NCBI GenBank assembly: GCA_037443545.1
Contig: JBBIOD010000008.1
Location: forward strand, 1 to 50,046
DNA from: Ignavibacteriales bacterium
GTDB lineage: Bacteria > Bacteroidota > Ignavibacteria > UBA10030 > BY39
Direction of reading: 5' to 3'
Length of the DNA: 50,046 bases
Position numbers and translations under genes: made by a program. The notes beneath the pieces are model-generated. The model was not told where the DNA came from. It saw nothing but the letters and a program-made list of their open reading frames with translations, and did not search any database. Below, in pieces: positions 39,290-49,209 of the stretch (positions are counted from its first letter, which is position 1; each line of letters begins with the position of its first letter).

Positions 39290-40639
39290 ATGAAATTATT
39301 TCCAGATAAAAATATCTCGAGAGAGATAATGAACATTGCCCTTCCTGTTGTGGGAGGATTAGCCACACAAATGTTACTTTCTTTAGTCGATACTGCTATG
39401 GTAGGGCGTCTCGAAAATTCCAAAGTAGCATTAGCCGCTCTTGGGTTGGCTTTTTTAGCCTCCTGGGCAATTACAAGTTTATTTTCGAGTCTAAGTACTG
39501 GAACACATGTTCTCGTCGCTCGCCGGCAGGGAGAAGGGAATCTTCACGGTGTGAGCGAAGCTTTGAATAATTCTTTACTACTTTCAATTATTCTTGGAAT
39601 AGTGTTTGCCATAATTGGCTATTTATTTTCCTTCGAAATTATGGATTTTTTTTCTAAAGATAAGGCAGTAGCTGCTGAGGGGGCTGACTATATGGCTTTC
39701 CGGTTTTTAGGGTTGCCTTTTTTTCTAATGATTGTATCTTACAGAGGGTTCTTTTACGGTATCGGGCATTCGAAAGTTATTTTGCACTCTGCGATAGTTG
39801 TAATGGTTTTACATATCGCCTCAAACTTTCTTTTGATCTTTGGTAATCTTGGTTTTCCAAAAATGGGTTTAGCCGGTGCAGGCGTAGCTTCATTTATCAG
39901 TTTGGTCTTCGGGTGGTTGGTTCTAGTGTTTGTAACTTTTTTGAAGGAATACCGAATAACTTACAGCTATTACAAACATATTCATCTATCGAAGGAAACT
40001 ATCAGGCAAATTTTAAAAATATCAATCCCAGTGTCATTACAAAATGTTTTAATACTTTTAGGTTTTTTGATATTTGTTGCTTTAACCGGAATTATTGGAA
40101 CCGCTGAACAAGCCGCAAGCCAGGTTGTAATTAGCACCCTCTTTATTTCTTTCATCCCTTGCTTCGGGTTGGGTGCGGCTGCACAGACTCTTGTTGGTCA
40201 ATCGTTGGGACGCGGCAATCCACTGCGTGCGCAAGTTTACGGCTTTCAAACTGCGAAAATTGGTACATACTTTACGCTTGTAATCGCTTTTATTTTTATT
40301 GTTTTCCCTGAATCTGTTTTATCGGTTTTTACGACAAATTCCGAAGTCGTTAACCTTGCAGTACCCCTTTTACAGATTGCCGGTTTATCTCAACTGTTTT
40401 ATGGAGGTGGAATAATCTTGGCTAACTCGCTTCAAGCAGCAGGAGCTACAGTTTATGTAATGTGGGTAGAAGTATTCACTCACTGGATTTTGTTTTTACC
40501 CCTCACATATATATTCGGTGTTATATTGCAAGGTGGAATTATTGGCGCTTGGGGGGCTCTTCCGGTTTACGTCGTTATGTTTTTAGCTATGAATTATTTT
40601 AAATTTCGGTCTAAAACTTGGATGAAAATTAAAATTTAG
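39290..40639 (+). CDS. MATE family efflux transporter (start revised to ATG at 39290)
   Basis: IALPV, VDTAMVGRL, LIFG..GFP.MG.AGAG.A and TLVGQSLG motifs; about 12 TM helices. Confidence 0.92.
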   Translation: MKLFPDKNISREIMNIALPVVGGLATQMLLSLVDTAMVGRLENSKVALAALGLAFLASWAITSLFSSLSTGTHVLVARRQGEGNLHGVSEALNNSLLLSIILGIVFAIIGYLFSFEIMDFFSKDKAVAAEGADYMAFRFLGLPFFLMIVSYRGFFYGIGHSKVILHSAIVVMVLHIASNFLLIFGNLGFPKMGLAGAGVASFISLVFGWLVLVFVTFLKEYRITYSYYKHIHLSKETIRQILKISIPVSLQNVLILLGFLIFVALTGIIGTAEQAASQVVISTLFISFIPCFGLGAAAQTLVGQSLGRGNPLRAQVYGFQTAKIGTYFTLVIAFIFIVFPESVLSVFTTNSEVVNLAVPLLQIAGLSQLFYGGGIILANSLQAAGATVYVMWVEVFTHWILFLPLTYIFGVILQGGIIGAWGALPVYVVMFLAMNYFKFRSKTWMKIKI

Positions 40640-40641
40640 GA

Positions 40642-42741
40642 ATGAATATACGGTTATTACAACGGTTCGGAAAAATTTTTTACTTGATTACCGGTTTTAC
40701 GTTGTTCCTGATCGGGTTAATTTTAGATGTAATAAGTAAAAACGTCGGTCCTGTATTTGCTCAAGTCGATTTAATAAAAATCGGTGCGTTCGTCGCTTTA
40801 TATCTTTTTATACAATCATATTGGAAGAGGGAATCGATTCCGTTAAAACGATTAACGGCTATCCTTATACTCGGCACAGTAGTTTTGGGAATATCTTTAC
40901 TCCTTGCGGTTGCAATTGGAACCGAATTCGAATTTAAAGGTTCATCTCTCATACCAAACAATTACTCAACAATTTTTATTTCGAATGCGTTGGCGGTAAT
41001 AATCGGTGTTGCGGCAATTATATTCATATTAATCTTAAAAGATATTCTTGTTTATAAACCGAGAAGATATACAAAACGTAACTTCCTGATTTTGGTAATC
41101 GGACTTTTAGCTGTAACTTTTTCTGCGATCAATTTAAACCCATACGAATCACGTTTAATAACTTCAATACTTTTCGGAATATTTGTCGTTTTAATCCTAA
41201 TCAATTCGTTTCGGATGCCTTGGATTGTGTTTTTGAAGAAACGCGAAAAGGTGTTGACTATTGTTTTCACTTTTTCTATACTCGTTATACTTACAGCGTT
41301 GAGTATCATTTATCAAGATAATTCGTCAGCCGGAAAATCTATTTTATACTTTTCCCATTCTCTAAAATATTTTGTAGATGGGACATTCCTTTTTGTTCTC
41401 TTATATTCTTTGATAGCATTTTTGGGTACGATTTTTCATCTACCTACATCGGATACATTTGACAGAAAGATGAGCGAAGTTGCCTCGTTGCATAACTTGA
41501 GTAAACTTGTGACTCAGGTTTTGGATTTTAACGAGTTGGTCGATTCAGTAACTGGTATGACGTTGCAAGTATGCGAAGCAAAAAGTTCGTGGCTCGAAAT
41601 TATACGACCGGCTGAAAAATTAAAAAACTTAAAACCTGAACAGTCCGGTATTTATGTGGCGGCTCAAAAAAATATATCAGTCCAAGATATAGATCGGATC
41701 AACCTCTCATCATCATTTACGTTACGTTCGTCGGTCATCAACGACCGAAAACCTGTGATGATTGATGATTATCGAAATGACAGCAGGACTGAGCATTTGA
41801 GCGATATGGGAAGTAAAATCGGTTCTATTTTGGCAGTGCCACTGATTGCACGAAATGAACTTGTCGGGATCTTGTATGCGACAAAGGGAACGGAATATGG
41901 ATTTGACCGTGAAGATTTGGAAGTCATATCTGCTTTTGCTGATCAAGCTGCTGTGGCGGTTGATAATTCAAGATTGATCGAAAAATCGTTTGAGCGCGAA
42001 CGTCTGATGCGTGAGATGAATTTAGCACATGAGATGCAAAAAAAATTGCTGCCGCAAACCATACCGGATATTGAACATATCGAGCTTGAAGCTTTCTCGT
42101 CCTCGGCGTTCGAAGTAGGGGGCGATTATTATGATTTTATGATGATTGACGAAAAACGTTTAGCGATTGTAGTCGGTGATGTTTCGGGAAAAGGTGTTTC
42201 GGCGGCTTTTTATATGGCTGAAATGAAGGGTATATTTCAATCGCTATGTAAAATATATCCTTCACCAAAAGATTTTCTTATAAACGCTAATCAAGCTATC
42301 TCTTCGAGTATCGATAAACGGTCGTTCATCAGTTTGATATATGCAGTTTTGGATATTGAGACCGGAGTTGTTACCAGTGCGCGAGCGGGACATTGCCCAT
42401 TTATTTTAGCAAAGGAAACCGACGTCAGTTTTGTTCGCCCGAACGGGATTGGTTTAGGGATGGGGAATGCAGAACTTTTTGCAAAGTATATTCAAGAAAG
42501 CCAAATTCAGTTGAAGTCGGATGATGCTCTGATTTTTTACACTGACGGGATCACCGAAGCACACACAAAAAACGGGGAAGAATTTGGCTACTCACGTTTG
42601 CTTGAAGCAATAAAAAACAATCGGAACAATTCTGCAATTGATATCAGAGATTCAATAATTTTATCTGTAAATAAATATATGCAGAACCAACCAACGCATG
42701 ATGATATTACATTGATCATTCTTAAATGGCTGCGAAATTAA
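40642..42741 (+). CDS. Membrane-bound GAF-SpoIIE/PP2C phosphatase (RsbU-like)
   Basis: Hydrophobic N-terminal region, GAF domain, then VGGDYYD, GDVSGKG, RAGH, YTDGITE and DDIT. Confidence 0.92.
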   Translation: MNIRLLQRFGKIFYLITGFTLFLIGLILDVISKNVGPVFAQVDLIKIGAFVALYLFIQSYWKRESIPLKRLTAILILGTVVLGISLLLAVAIGTEFEFKGSSLIPNNYSTIFISNALAVIIGVAAIIFILILKDILVYKPRRYTKRNFLILVIGLLAVTFSAINLNPYESRLITSILFGIFVVLILINSFRMPWIVFLKKREKVLTIVFTFSILVILTALSIIYQDNSSAGKSILYFSHSLKYFVDGTFLFVLLYSLIAFLGTIFHLPTSDTFDRKMSEVASLHNLSKLVTQVLDFNELVDSVTGMTLQVCEAKSSWLEIIRPAEKLKNLKPEQSGIYVAAQKNISVQDIDRINLSSSFTLRSSVINDRKPVMIDDYRNDSRTEHLSDMGSKIGSILAVPLIARNELVGILYATKGTEYGFDREDLEVISAFADQAAVAVDNSRLIEKSFERERLMREMNLAHEMQKKLLPQTIPDIEHIELEAFSSSAFEVGGDYYDFMMIDEKRLAIVVGDVSGKGVSAAFYMAEMKGIFQSLCKIYPSPKDFLINANQAISSSIDKRSFISLIYAVLDIETGVVTSARAGHCPFILAKETDVSFVRPNGIGLGMGNAELFAKYIQESQIQLKSDDALIFYTDGITEAHTKNGEEFGYSRLLEAIKNNRNNSAIDIRDSIILSVNKYMQNQPTHDDITLIILKWLRN

Positions 42742-42757
42742 AATAAAGGAAATATGA

Positions 42758-43111
42758 ATGACTAATTTTAAAATTAATTTTCGTGAAAGTTCAAATGTCC
42801 AAATTATTGATTTGAAGGGATATCTTGATGCTCATACCGCACCTGATTTTGAAAATGCGATTCAGAAAATAATTAATAACAAGCAATACAATATTATTGT
42901 GAACTGTAAAAACTTATCCTACATAAGCAGCGCAGGTTTAGGTGTGTTTATGGCATACATCGAGGAAGTTAGGAAGAACAAGGGTGATATTAAAATTACG
43001 AATATGTCGTCCAAAATTTATAACGTGTTCGATATTCTTGGGTTTCCCCTTCTGTATGAAATTACGAACACTGAAGAAGACGCACTCAAAAAATTTACAA
43101 AAAGTATTTAG
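42758..43111 (+). CDS. STAS anti-sigma-factor antagonist (RsbV/SpoIIAA-like)
   Basis: G.LDAHTAP and YISSAGLG phosphoserine motif. Confidence 0.93.
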   Translation: MTNFKINFRESSNVQIIDLKGYLDAHTAPDFENAIQKIINNKQYNIIVNCKNLSYISSAGLGVFMAYIEEVRKNKGDIKITNMSSKIYNVFDILGFPLLYEITNTEEDALKKFTKSI

Positions 43112-43534
43112 ATGGATAATGAAATTATAGTTGAAAGCACGACAGCCAATTTGGTGGTTGTTCGTACGTTTGTTACTGAAGCAGCTTTAAGGTCGGGAAT
43201 CGACGAAGATACAACAAACAGGATAGTCATGGCAGTCGATGAAGCGTGCACAAATATTATCCGCCACGCATATAAAAATATTAGCAGTAATCCCATAGAA
43301 GTATGTATTATTCAAAATAAAAATAAGTTCGAGGTGGTAATTACCGATTACGGTAAACCATTCGATCCCAATTCAATTAAAGAACCTGATATTAAAGATA
43401 ATCTTAAAAATTATAAGAAGGGAGGGCTCGGTATGTTTTTAATCCGTGCCCTCATGGATGAGGTTGATTTCCGAAGAGATGAGGGGCAAAAAAATGTGGT
43501 TCGTTTGATTAAGTATTTTAACTCATATGCTTAA
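43112..43534 (+). CDS. Anti-sigma factor/serine kinase (RsbW-like)
   Basis: AVDEACTNIIRHAY, D.G.PFDP and GGLGMFLIRALMDEV. Confidence 0.93.
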   Translation: MDNEIIVESTTANLVVVRTFVTEAALRSGIDEDTTNRIVMAVDEACTNIIRHAYKNISSNPIEVCIIQNKNKFEVVITDYGKPFDPNSIKEPDIKDNLKNYKKGGLGMFLIRALMDEVDFRRDEGQKNVVRLIKYFNSYA

Positions 43535-45245
43535 TCATAAAAAAGAATATCGAGCAGACTCGGTTACAAGATTCGATGTGAATTCCCTTTTTGAATTTAG
43601 CAAAGTAGTGAATTCTGATGTCTCCCTTCAATTTGTCTTGAACCACTTTTTACTTACTGCGATGGGGAAGCTGCTCTGTATAAGGGGGATAGTTTTTTTA
43701 AAAGTAGAAGAACACACTTTCCACACCGAAACTGTGAGGGGGTTCATACTTGATGAAGAAGAGAAAAGTATCGTTATTACACAAAAACTAAAGTCGATAG
43801 TGAATCTAAATTCGATAAAGAAAAAAAATGAAAAGTGGGTTACAATATTAAATAAAAACGAAATTCAGTTTCTTATTCCTTTAATATATAAAAATGATGT
43901 TTTAGGAGCTTTAGGAATTACAAAACTATCACGAAAGAAATTAACAAACGAAGAAATAACTTACATCAAATCACTCTCGAACATTGCCGCCGCAGCTATA
44001 GCACAAAAGCTTAGTGTCGATAAATTAATCAGGGTAAACAGGGAGCTTGATAAACGAATCCACCAAGCTACAACACTCTTTGATTTGGGGAAAGAGTTTT
44101 CATCTATACTTAATCGCGATCGTGTGATAAAATTGTTCTCCCTTTCGTTGATGGGACAAATTGGTGTTCGTCAATTTGCGATTTGTTTGAAAGAGGGGAA
44201 TGAAATGAAAATTGTAACTTCGCGGTTCAACGGTCTGATTGATGCTTCAGTAATATGCAAGATTTCAGGGTTTGAAAACCCCTCGCTGGTCTCGGAAATC
44301 GTTGCGACAAAAAAACTTAAAAAAGAATTAAAGGAAATTGGCGTCAGTGCTATTATTCCGATGAAGATGCAAGATGAGGTAAAGGGAGTTTTAGCAGTAG
44401 GCGAAAGAATAGCAGGAATACCCTACACACAAAACGATCTCGAATATATTTATTCGATCGGAAACTTGTTGTTGATTTCACTTGAAAACTCACGCCTCTT
44501 TAAAGAAGAATTAGAAAAACAAAAAATAGAAGACGACCTGTTGATTGCACGCCAGATACAAAGAGGGATGCTTCCGAAAGTATTACCGAAATATTCATGT
44601 TACGATTTAGACGCGGTAAATATTTCTTCAAAGCATGTTGGCGGCGATTATTATGACGTTATCAACCTTGATGATACTAATTTTATTATTGCGATTGCTG
44701 ATGTATCAGGAAAAGGTACGTCAGCGTCACTCTTAATGGCTAATTTGCAAGCGGCGATTCGGGCATTAGTTCCACTAAAACTTCCCCTTTATGAATTGAC
44801 TAAACGTGTAAACGATATGATATGTGAAAGTACCGCCGACGATCGCTTCATCACATTATTTTTGGCAAGGGTTGATAAAAATAATCAATCGTTGACTTAT
44901 GTGAACGCGGGACACAATTTACCTTTCGTTATAAGAAAAGATGGGACGATTATGCGTTTAGAAATAGGCGGCCTTCTGCTCGGTGTGATGAAATCAGCGA
45001 CTTACGAAGAGGGGATAGTGCAACTTGCCGCCGGAGATGTTTTGGTGTTATTCACTGATGGGGTTAGCGAAGCGATGAACCCTGATGGAATTGAGTTTGG
45101 TGAAGAAAGATTGTTGGAAATCATCAAATCGAGAAAAAATGAATCTGCCGAAACGATTAAAGATCATATTGTTTCAGAAATTCAGGAATACAGCGGCGAT
45201 TATCAATCGGATGATTTAACTTTGGTAGTGTTAAAAGTTGGTTAG
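43527..45245 (+). CDS. Soluble tandem-GAF SpoIIE/PP2C phosphatase
   Basis: Two GAF-like segments; VGGDYYD, ADVSGKG, NAGH, FTDGVSE and DDLT. Confidence 0.92.
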   Translation: MLNHKKEYRADSVTRFDVNSLFEFSKVVNSDVSLQFVLNHFLLTAMGKLLCIRGIVFLKVEEHTFHTETVRGFILDEEEKSIVITQKLKSIVNLNSIKKKNEKWVTILNKNEIQFLIPLIYKNDVLGALGITKLSRKKLTNEEITYIKSLSNIAAAAIAQKLSVDKLIRVNRELDKRIHQATTLFDLGKEFSSILNRDRVIKLFSLSLMGQIGVRQFAICLKEGNEMKIVTSRFNGLIDASVICKISGFENPSLVSEIVATKKLKKELKEIGVSAIIPMKMQDEVKGVLAVGERIAGIPYTQNDLEYIYSIGNLLLISLENSRLFKEELEKQKIEDDLLIARQIQRGMLPKVLPKYSCYDLDAVNISSKHVGGDYYDVINLDDTNFIIAIADVSGKGTSASLLMANLQAAIRALVPLKLPLYELTKRVNDMICESTADDRFITLFLARVDKNNQSLTYVNAGHNLPFVIRKDGTIMRLEIGGLLLGVMKSATYEEGIVQLAAGDVLVLFTDGVSEAMNPDGIEFGEERLLEIIKSRKNESAETIKDHIVSEIQEYSGDYQSDDLTLVVLKVG

Positions 45246-45444
45246 CTGATAATAATTCATATATCTGTTGAATTTAGGCTTGTTTAAAGACCGTTATTAG
45301 TTGGGATCGATTATGTTTGGCGCCGTTATCATTTAGGGTAATTCAATTCTCTTTTCGGAATTCTCCGATTGATGCCTAAACAGGTATTGAGGGGGAATTT
45401 TTTTTTAAAATCAGAATTGATATATTAAAATAAAAAATATTGGA

Positions 45445-45999
45445 ATGGATATGAATCGTAACGAAGCTCTCAACTTGATGCACGAATACACGAAGAACGA
45501 TGCACTTCGCAAACACATGTATGCAGTCGAAGCTGCTATGAGGGCTTATGCTCGCAAGTTCGGTGAAGATGAAGAAAAGTGGGGAGTGGTTGGACTACTT
45601 CACGACTTCGATTACGAAATGTATCCGAATATACCCGACCATCCCCTAAAGGGTTCGGAAATTTTGAAAGAGAAGGGAGTATCTGAAGAAATTCGCACAG
45701 CAATTCTCGGTCATGCATCATTCACAAACGTTTCACGCGAAACGTTGATGGCTAAAACTCTTTTCGCTGTGGATGAATTATGTGGCTTTATTTCAGCCTG
45801 CGCCCTCGTTCGTCCTAATAAGATATCCGACCTTGAAGAGTCGTCTGTGAAAAAGAAAATGAAAGATAAGGCATTTGCAAAAAATGTGAATCGAGATGAA
45901 ATTATTCAGGGAGCGATGGAATTAAAAATCGAATTTACCGAACACATTAATTTTACAATTGGAGCGATGCGATCATCAGCTCCGATTTTAGATCTTTAA
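45445..45999 (+). CDS. HD/HDIG-domain metal-dependent hydrolase
   Basis: LRKH, GLLHDFDYE, HP, ILGHA and LFAVDELCG motifs. Confidence 0.88.
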   Translation: MDMNRNEALNLMHEYTKNDALRKHMYAVEAAMRAYARKFGEDEEKWGVVGLLHDFDYEMYPNIPDHPLKGSEILKEKGVSEEIRTAILGHASFTNVSRETLMAKTLFAVDELCGFISACALVRPNKISDLEESSVKKKMKDKAFAKNVNRDEIIQGAMELKIEFTEHINFTIGAMRSSAPILDL

Positions 46000-46002
46000 A
46001 AT

Positions 46003-46665
46003 ATGATTGAAAGAATACTAGAACCCGAAGTAATGGATACAATCGAGGATGCACTCGAGTACGATGCGATGGATTTTACTGAAGTAAACACTTCATTCGC
46101 TGAACGTGCTATTGAATTACTGCCAGCCGAGGGTTTGGTTTTAGATTTAGGCACAGGAACCGCGAGGATTCCAATTTTAATGTTACAACGAAATCCTAAA
46201 CTAAAAATCATAGCTGTCGATCTTTCCGAAAATATGTTAAAGGTTGGGAAGTTGAATGTCGATAAATGTATTTTTTCATCGAACATTAAATTGGAGATGG
46301 TGGATGCAAAAAATTTACCCTATCCCGATAACTATTTCAATGGAGTAATTTCTAACAGTCTATTACATCATATTCCGGATCCTCTGCCTGTTTTACAAGA
46401 AATAAATAGAGTATCAAAAAAGAATGCTGGTATTTTAGTACGCGACTTGATTCGCCCTGAATCAGTAACCCAAGTTGAATATTTTGTTCAACAATATGCA
46501 GCCGATTGCGATGAACATCAAAAAAAATTGTTCTATGATTCGTTGATGGCTGCCTTTACAATTGATGAAGTGAAATCGCTAATAGAACACTCGGGTATAG
46601 AAGATTCAGTCGTTAACCAATCATCCGACAGGCATTGGTCGATTGAAAAGGTGTTTAATTTGTAA
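46003..46665 (+). CDS. Class I SAM-dependent methyltransferase
   Basis: LEPEVMD, VLDLGTGTA, SNSLLHH, RDL.RP and SSDRHW motifs. Confidence 0.88.
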   Translation: MIERILEPEVMDTIEDALEYDAMDFTEVNTSFAERAIELLPAEGLVLDLGTGTARIPILMLQRNPKLKIIAVDLSENMLKVGKLNVDKCIFSSNIKLEMVDAKNLPYPDNYFNGVISNSLLHHIPDPLPVLQEINRVSKKNAGILVRDLIRPESVTQVEYFVQQYAADCDEHQKKLFYDSLMAAFTIDEVKSLIEHSGIEDSVVNQSSDRHWSIEKVFNL

Positions 46666-47081
46666 AACAGGGTGGCATCGAAAAATTCAACACTTTTTCA
46701 TCTTTGGTAAAAAGTTGCCTTTATTATTTTTAAATTTTGGAAATAGTTACATTTTTTTATAAAATTTATAAGGAAATAACCTAATTTCCCATTATTATAT
46801 CTGGCATCATTATTGGGTTTATTCCATTCGATTTACATTTATCAATAGTTATCTAGTTTTTAAACAATAGGCGGCTAATCGCCGCATCAATGCACAAAAA
46901 TTAGTTTTCCTTTCGCAGGGATTTATATTATTTATGTGGCTGTTGATTTGTGTTTAGAAGAATACAAGATGATTAGTACTATCGGATGCATCCTTCCATG
47001 CGGCTATCGCATCAAACATCCACTTTTTTTTATTCCCATCGGACCGCCGTTTTTTGTTAAAAAGATTTTAAATATTTTACT

Positions 47082-47609
47082 ATGCAAAAAAATAAAATTA
47101 TCATTATCGGCTTAGGAAACGAATTTATCAGCGATGACGGTCTTGGTATATTTGTATTGCGAGATCTGAAAAAAGAATTACTCTTTTCCTTTCCTGATAC
47201 CCGGAATATAGCTTTCGAAGAATTATCTGTTGGCGGGCTGGGCCTTGTCGATTATATCAGTGGTTTTAGTAAATGCTTAATTATTGATACAATATTAACT
47301 CGAAAGCATCCACCCGGAACTGTTTTTCGTTTCAAACAAAATTCATCGAATGAATTAGTAAAAATAAAATCTTCGCATCAAATTAATTTACAACAAGTTA
47401 TTGGCTTGGCTAAGTTGTTAAAAATTGATGTTCCTGATGAGATGATAATTTATGGTATCGAAGCGGAAGATATAACGACTTTTAAAATCGGCTGTACGGA
47501 AAAAGTTCAAGAAGCGATACCAAAGTTAGTAAATATGATTTACGATGATCTGATGAAACCAGATTATAAGAGCATTTCGAGTTTGGAGTGCTTTAGAACG
47601 AATACATAG
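47082..47609 (+). CDS. [NiFe]-hydrogenase maturation endopeptidase (HycI/HybD family)
   Basis: GLGN....DDGLG, IID, PGT, SSH and YGIE motifs. Confidence 0.9.
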   Translation: MQKNKIIIIGLGNEFISDDGLGIFVLRDLKKELLFSFPDTRNIAFEELSVGGLGLVDYISGFSKCLIIDTILTRKHPPGTVFRFKQNSSNELVKIKSSHQINLQQVIGLAKLLKIDVPDEMIIYGIEAEDITTFKIGCTEKVQEAIPKLVNMIYDDLMKPDYKSISSLECFRTNT

Positions 47610-47641
47610 TTTATTTTTGAAATAATATATAAGGAGAATTC

Positions 47642-48325
47642 ATGGAACAAGTTAAACATCATGGATTGATGAGTAAGAAGGAAGTCGAACTCAGAAAAGC
47701 ATTTTTAGAACAAGTCCATTTCATTCCAGCGGGAGAAAAGATTAAGCGGTGCATCCAATGCGGAACTTGTACAGGGTCGTGCCCGGTAAGCTATGCGATG
47801 GATATATCTCCCCGTGAATTGATAGCGCTTTTCCGAGCCGGTGAAATGGAAACAATAATGAAAAGCAGGACAATCTGGATATGTGCGTCGTGTTATGCCT
47901 GCACAACCCGCTGCCCATCGGGAATCAAAATTACCGATATAATTTATGCGTTGAAACGGACGGCGATGGAAAAAAAATACCGCTCGCACGAAGCTCATCA
48001 AGTTCAAATATTGGCGAATTTGTTTATACAAAACTTAATGAGCTATGGAAGACTGCATGAAGGTACATTAATCCGTAAATATTATATGAAGACAAGTATC
48101 AAAAAGCTTTTTGGATTACTACCGCTCGGAAAGAAGATGTTCCAGAAGAAAAGAATCGCAATATTGCCGCAAAAAATTAAAGCGTACGCATCACTATCTC
48201 GGATCATAAACAAAGCTCAAGAAATTGAGATGCGCGAAAAGCCGGAAGCGCTTGGATACGAACCTGATTATGTCGGTTATAAAGCTCTTGGCGAGCTGAA
48301 ATTAGAACCAAGAAAAGGAGATTAA
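47642..48325 (+). CDS. hdrC: Heterodisulfide reductase subunit C-like (2x[4Fe-4S])
   Basis: CIQCGTCTGSCP and CASCYACTTRCP; SD AAGGAG. Confidence 0.92.
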   Translation: MEQVKHHGLMSKKEVELRKAFLEQVHFIPAGEKIKRCIQCGTCTGSCPVSYAMDISPRELIALFRAGEMETIMKSRTIWICASCYACTTRCPSGIKITDIIYALKRTAMEKKYRSHEAHQVQILANLFIQNLMSYGRLHEGTLIRKYYMKTSIKKLFGLLPLGKKMFQKKRIAILPQKIKAYASLSRIINKAQEIEMREKPEALGYEPDYVGYKALGELKLEPRKGD

Positions 48326-48327
48326 AA

Positions 48328-49209
48328 ATGAAATATGCATATTATCCCGGATGTAGCCTCGAAAAAACTCAACGCGGTTACGATGAATCGGTTAGAGAAA
48401 TTTTTAAAACGCTTGGGCAGGAACTGCTAGAGATTGACGATTGGAATTGCTGCGGGGCAACTATTTATATGTCGGCACAAGAAACAGTTTCACTTGCCGT
48501 ATCGTCACGAAATTTGGCATTAGCCGAGAAAATGGGTTTAGAAATCCTCGCCCCTTGTAGTTCATGTTTTACTATCCTCTCAAAAACAAATCGAATTTTA
48601 AATCAAATCCCCGAAATGCACCGAGATGTGAACGAAGCATTAACCGAAGGCGGCTTGAGTTATACCGGAAAAACTAAAGTGCGTCATCCTGTTGATATTT
48701 TAATGAACGATATAGGAATTGAAACTATATTGCAAAACTCCAAAAAAAGTTTAAACGGATTGAAAGTAGCCCCATACTACGGCTGCCAAATCGTCCGTCC
48801 TGAAAAGGGTTTTGACGATCGTGAAAATCCGATTTTACTCGACAAAATGTTCAACAAGTGCGGAGCCGACGTGGTCTATTATCCGATGAAAGTTCGCTGC
48901 TGCGGCGGTATGCTAATGACAACATTTGAAGATACGGCTTTGAAATTGAATATGGAGTTGCTGCAATGCGCCCAAGAAAACGGTGCCGACGTTATAGTAA
49001 CAACTTGTCCGCTTTGTCATTTCAACTTGGAAGCTTATCAAGAAAAAATAAACGAAAAATATCAAACAAAATATAGAATACCAATACTTTATTTTACGCA
49101 ACTATTGGGAATTGTATTGGGATTACCCGAAAAGAAATTAGGGCTCGATTCGTCGTTTATTCCAATGTGTAAAAAAATTACTGATTTAATGGAGGCGCAA
49201 TATGTATAA
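48328..49209 (+). CDS. hdrB: Heterodisulfide reductase subunit B-like (two CCG domains)
   Basis: YYPGC..WNCCG..PCSSC and YYGC..RCCGG..TCPLC. Confidence 0.94.
   Translation: MKYAYYPGCSLEKTQRGYDESVREIFKTLGQELLEIDDWNCCGATIYMSAQETVSLAVSSRNLALAEKMGLEILAPCSSCFTILSKTNRILNQIPEMHRDVNEALTEGGLSYTGKTKVRHPVDILMNDIGIETILQNSKKSLNGLKVAPYYGCQIVRPEKGFDDRENPILLDKMFNKCGADVVYYPMKVRCCGGMLMTTFEDTALKLNMELLQCAQENGADVIVTTCPLCHFNLEAYQEKINEKYQTKYRIPILYFTQLLGIVLGLPEKKLGLDSSFIPMCKKITDLMEAQYV

Noticed and set aside
45246-45444. Possible ncRNA or attC-like site (two CCGTTAT copies, partial inverted repeats)
   Set aside because: The pairings are short and inconsistent; no integrase or cassette array; no credible ORF in the frames I read
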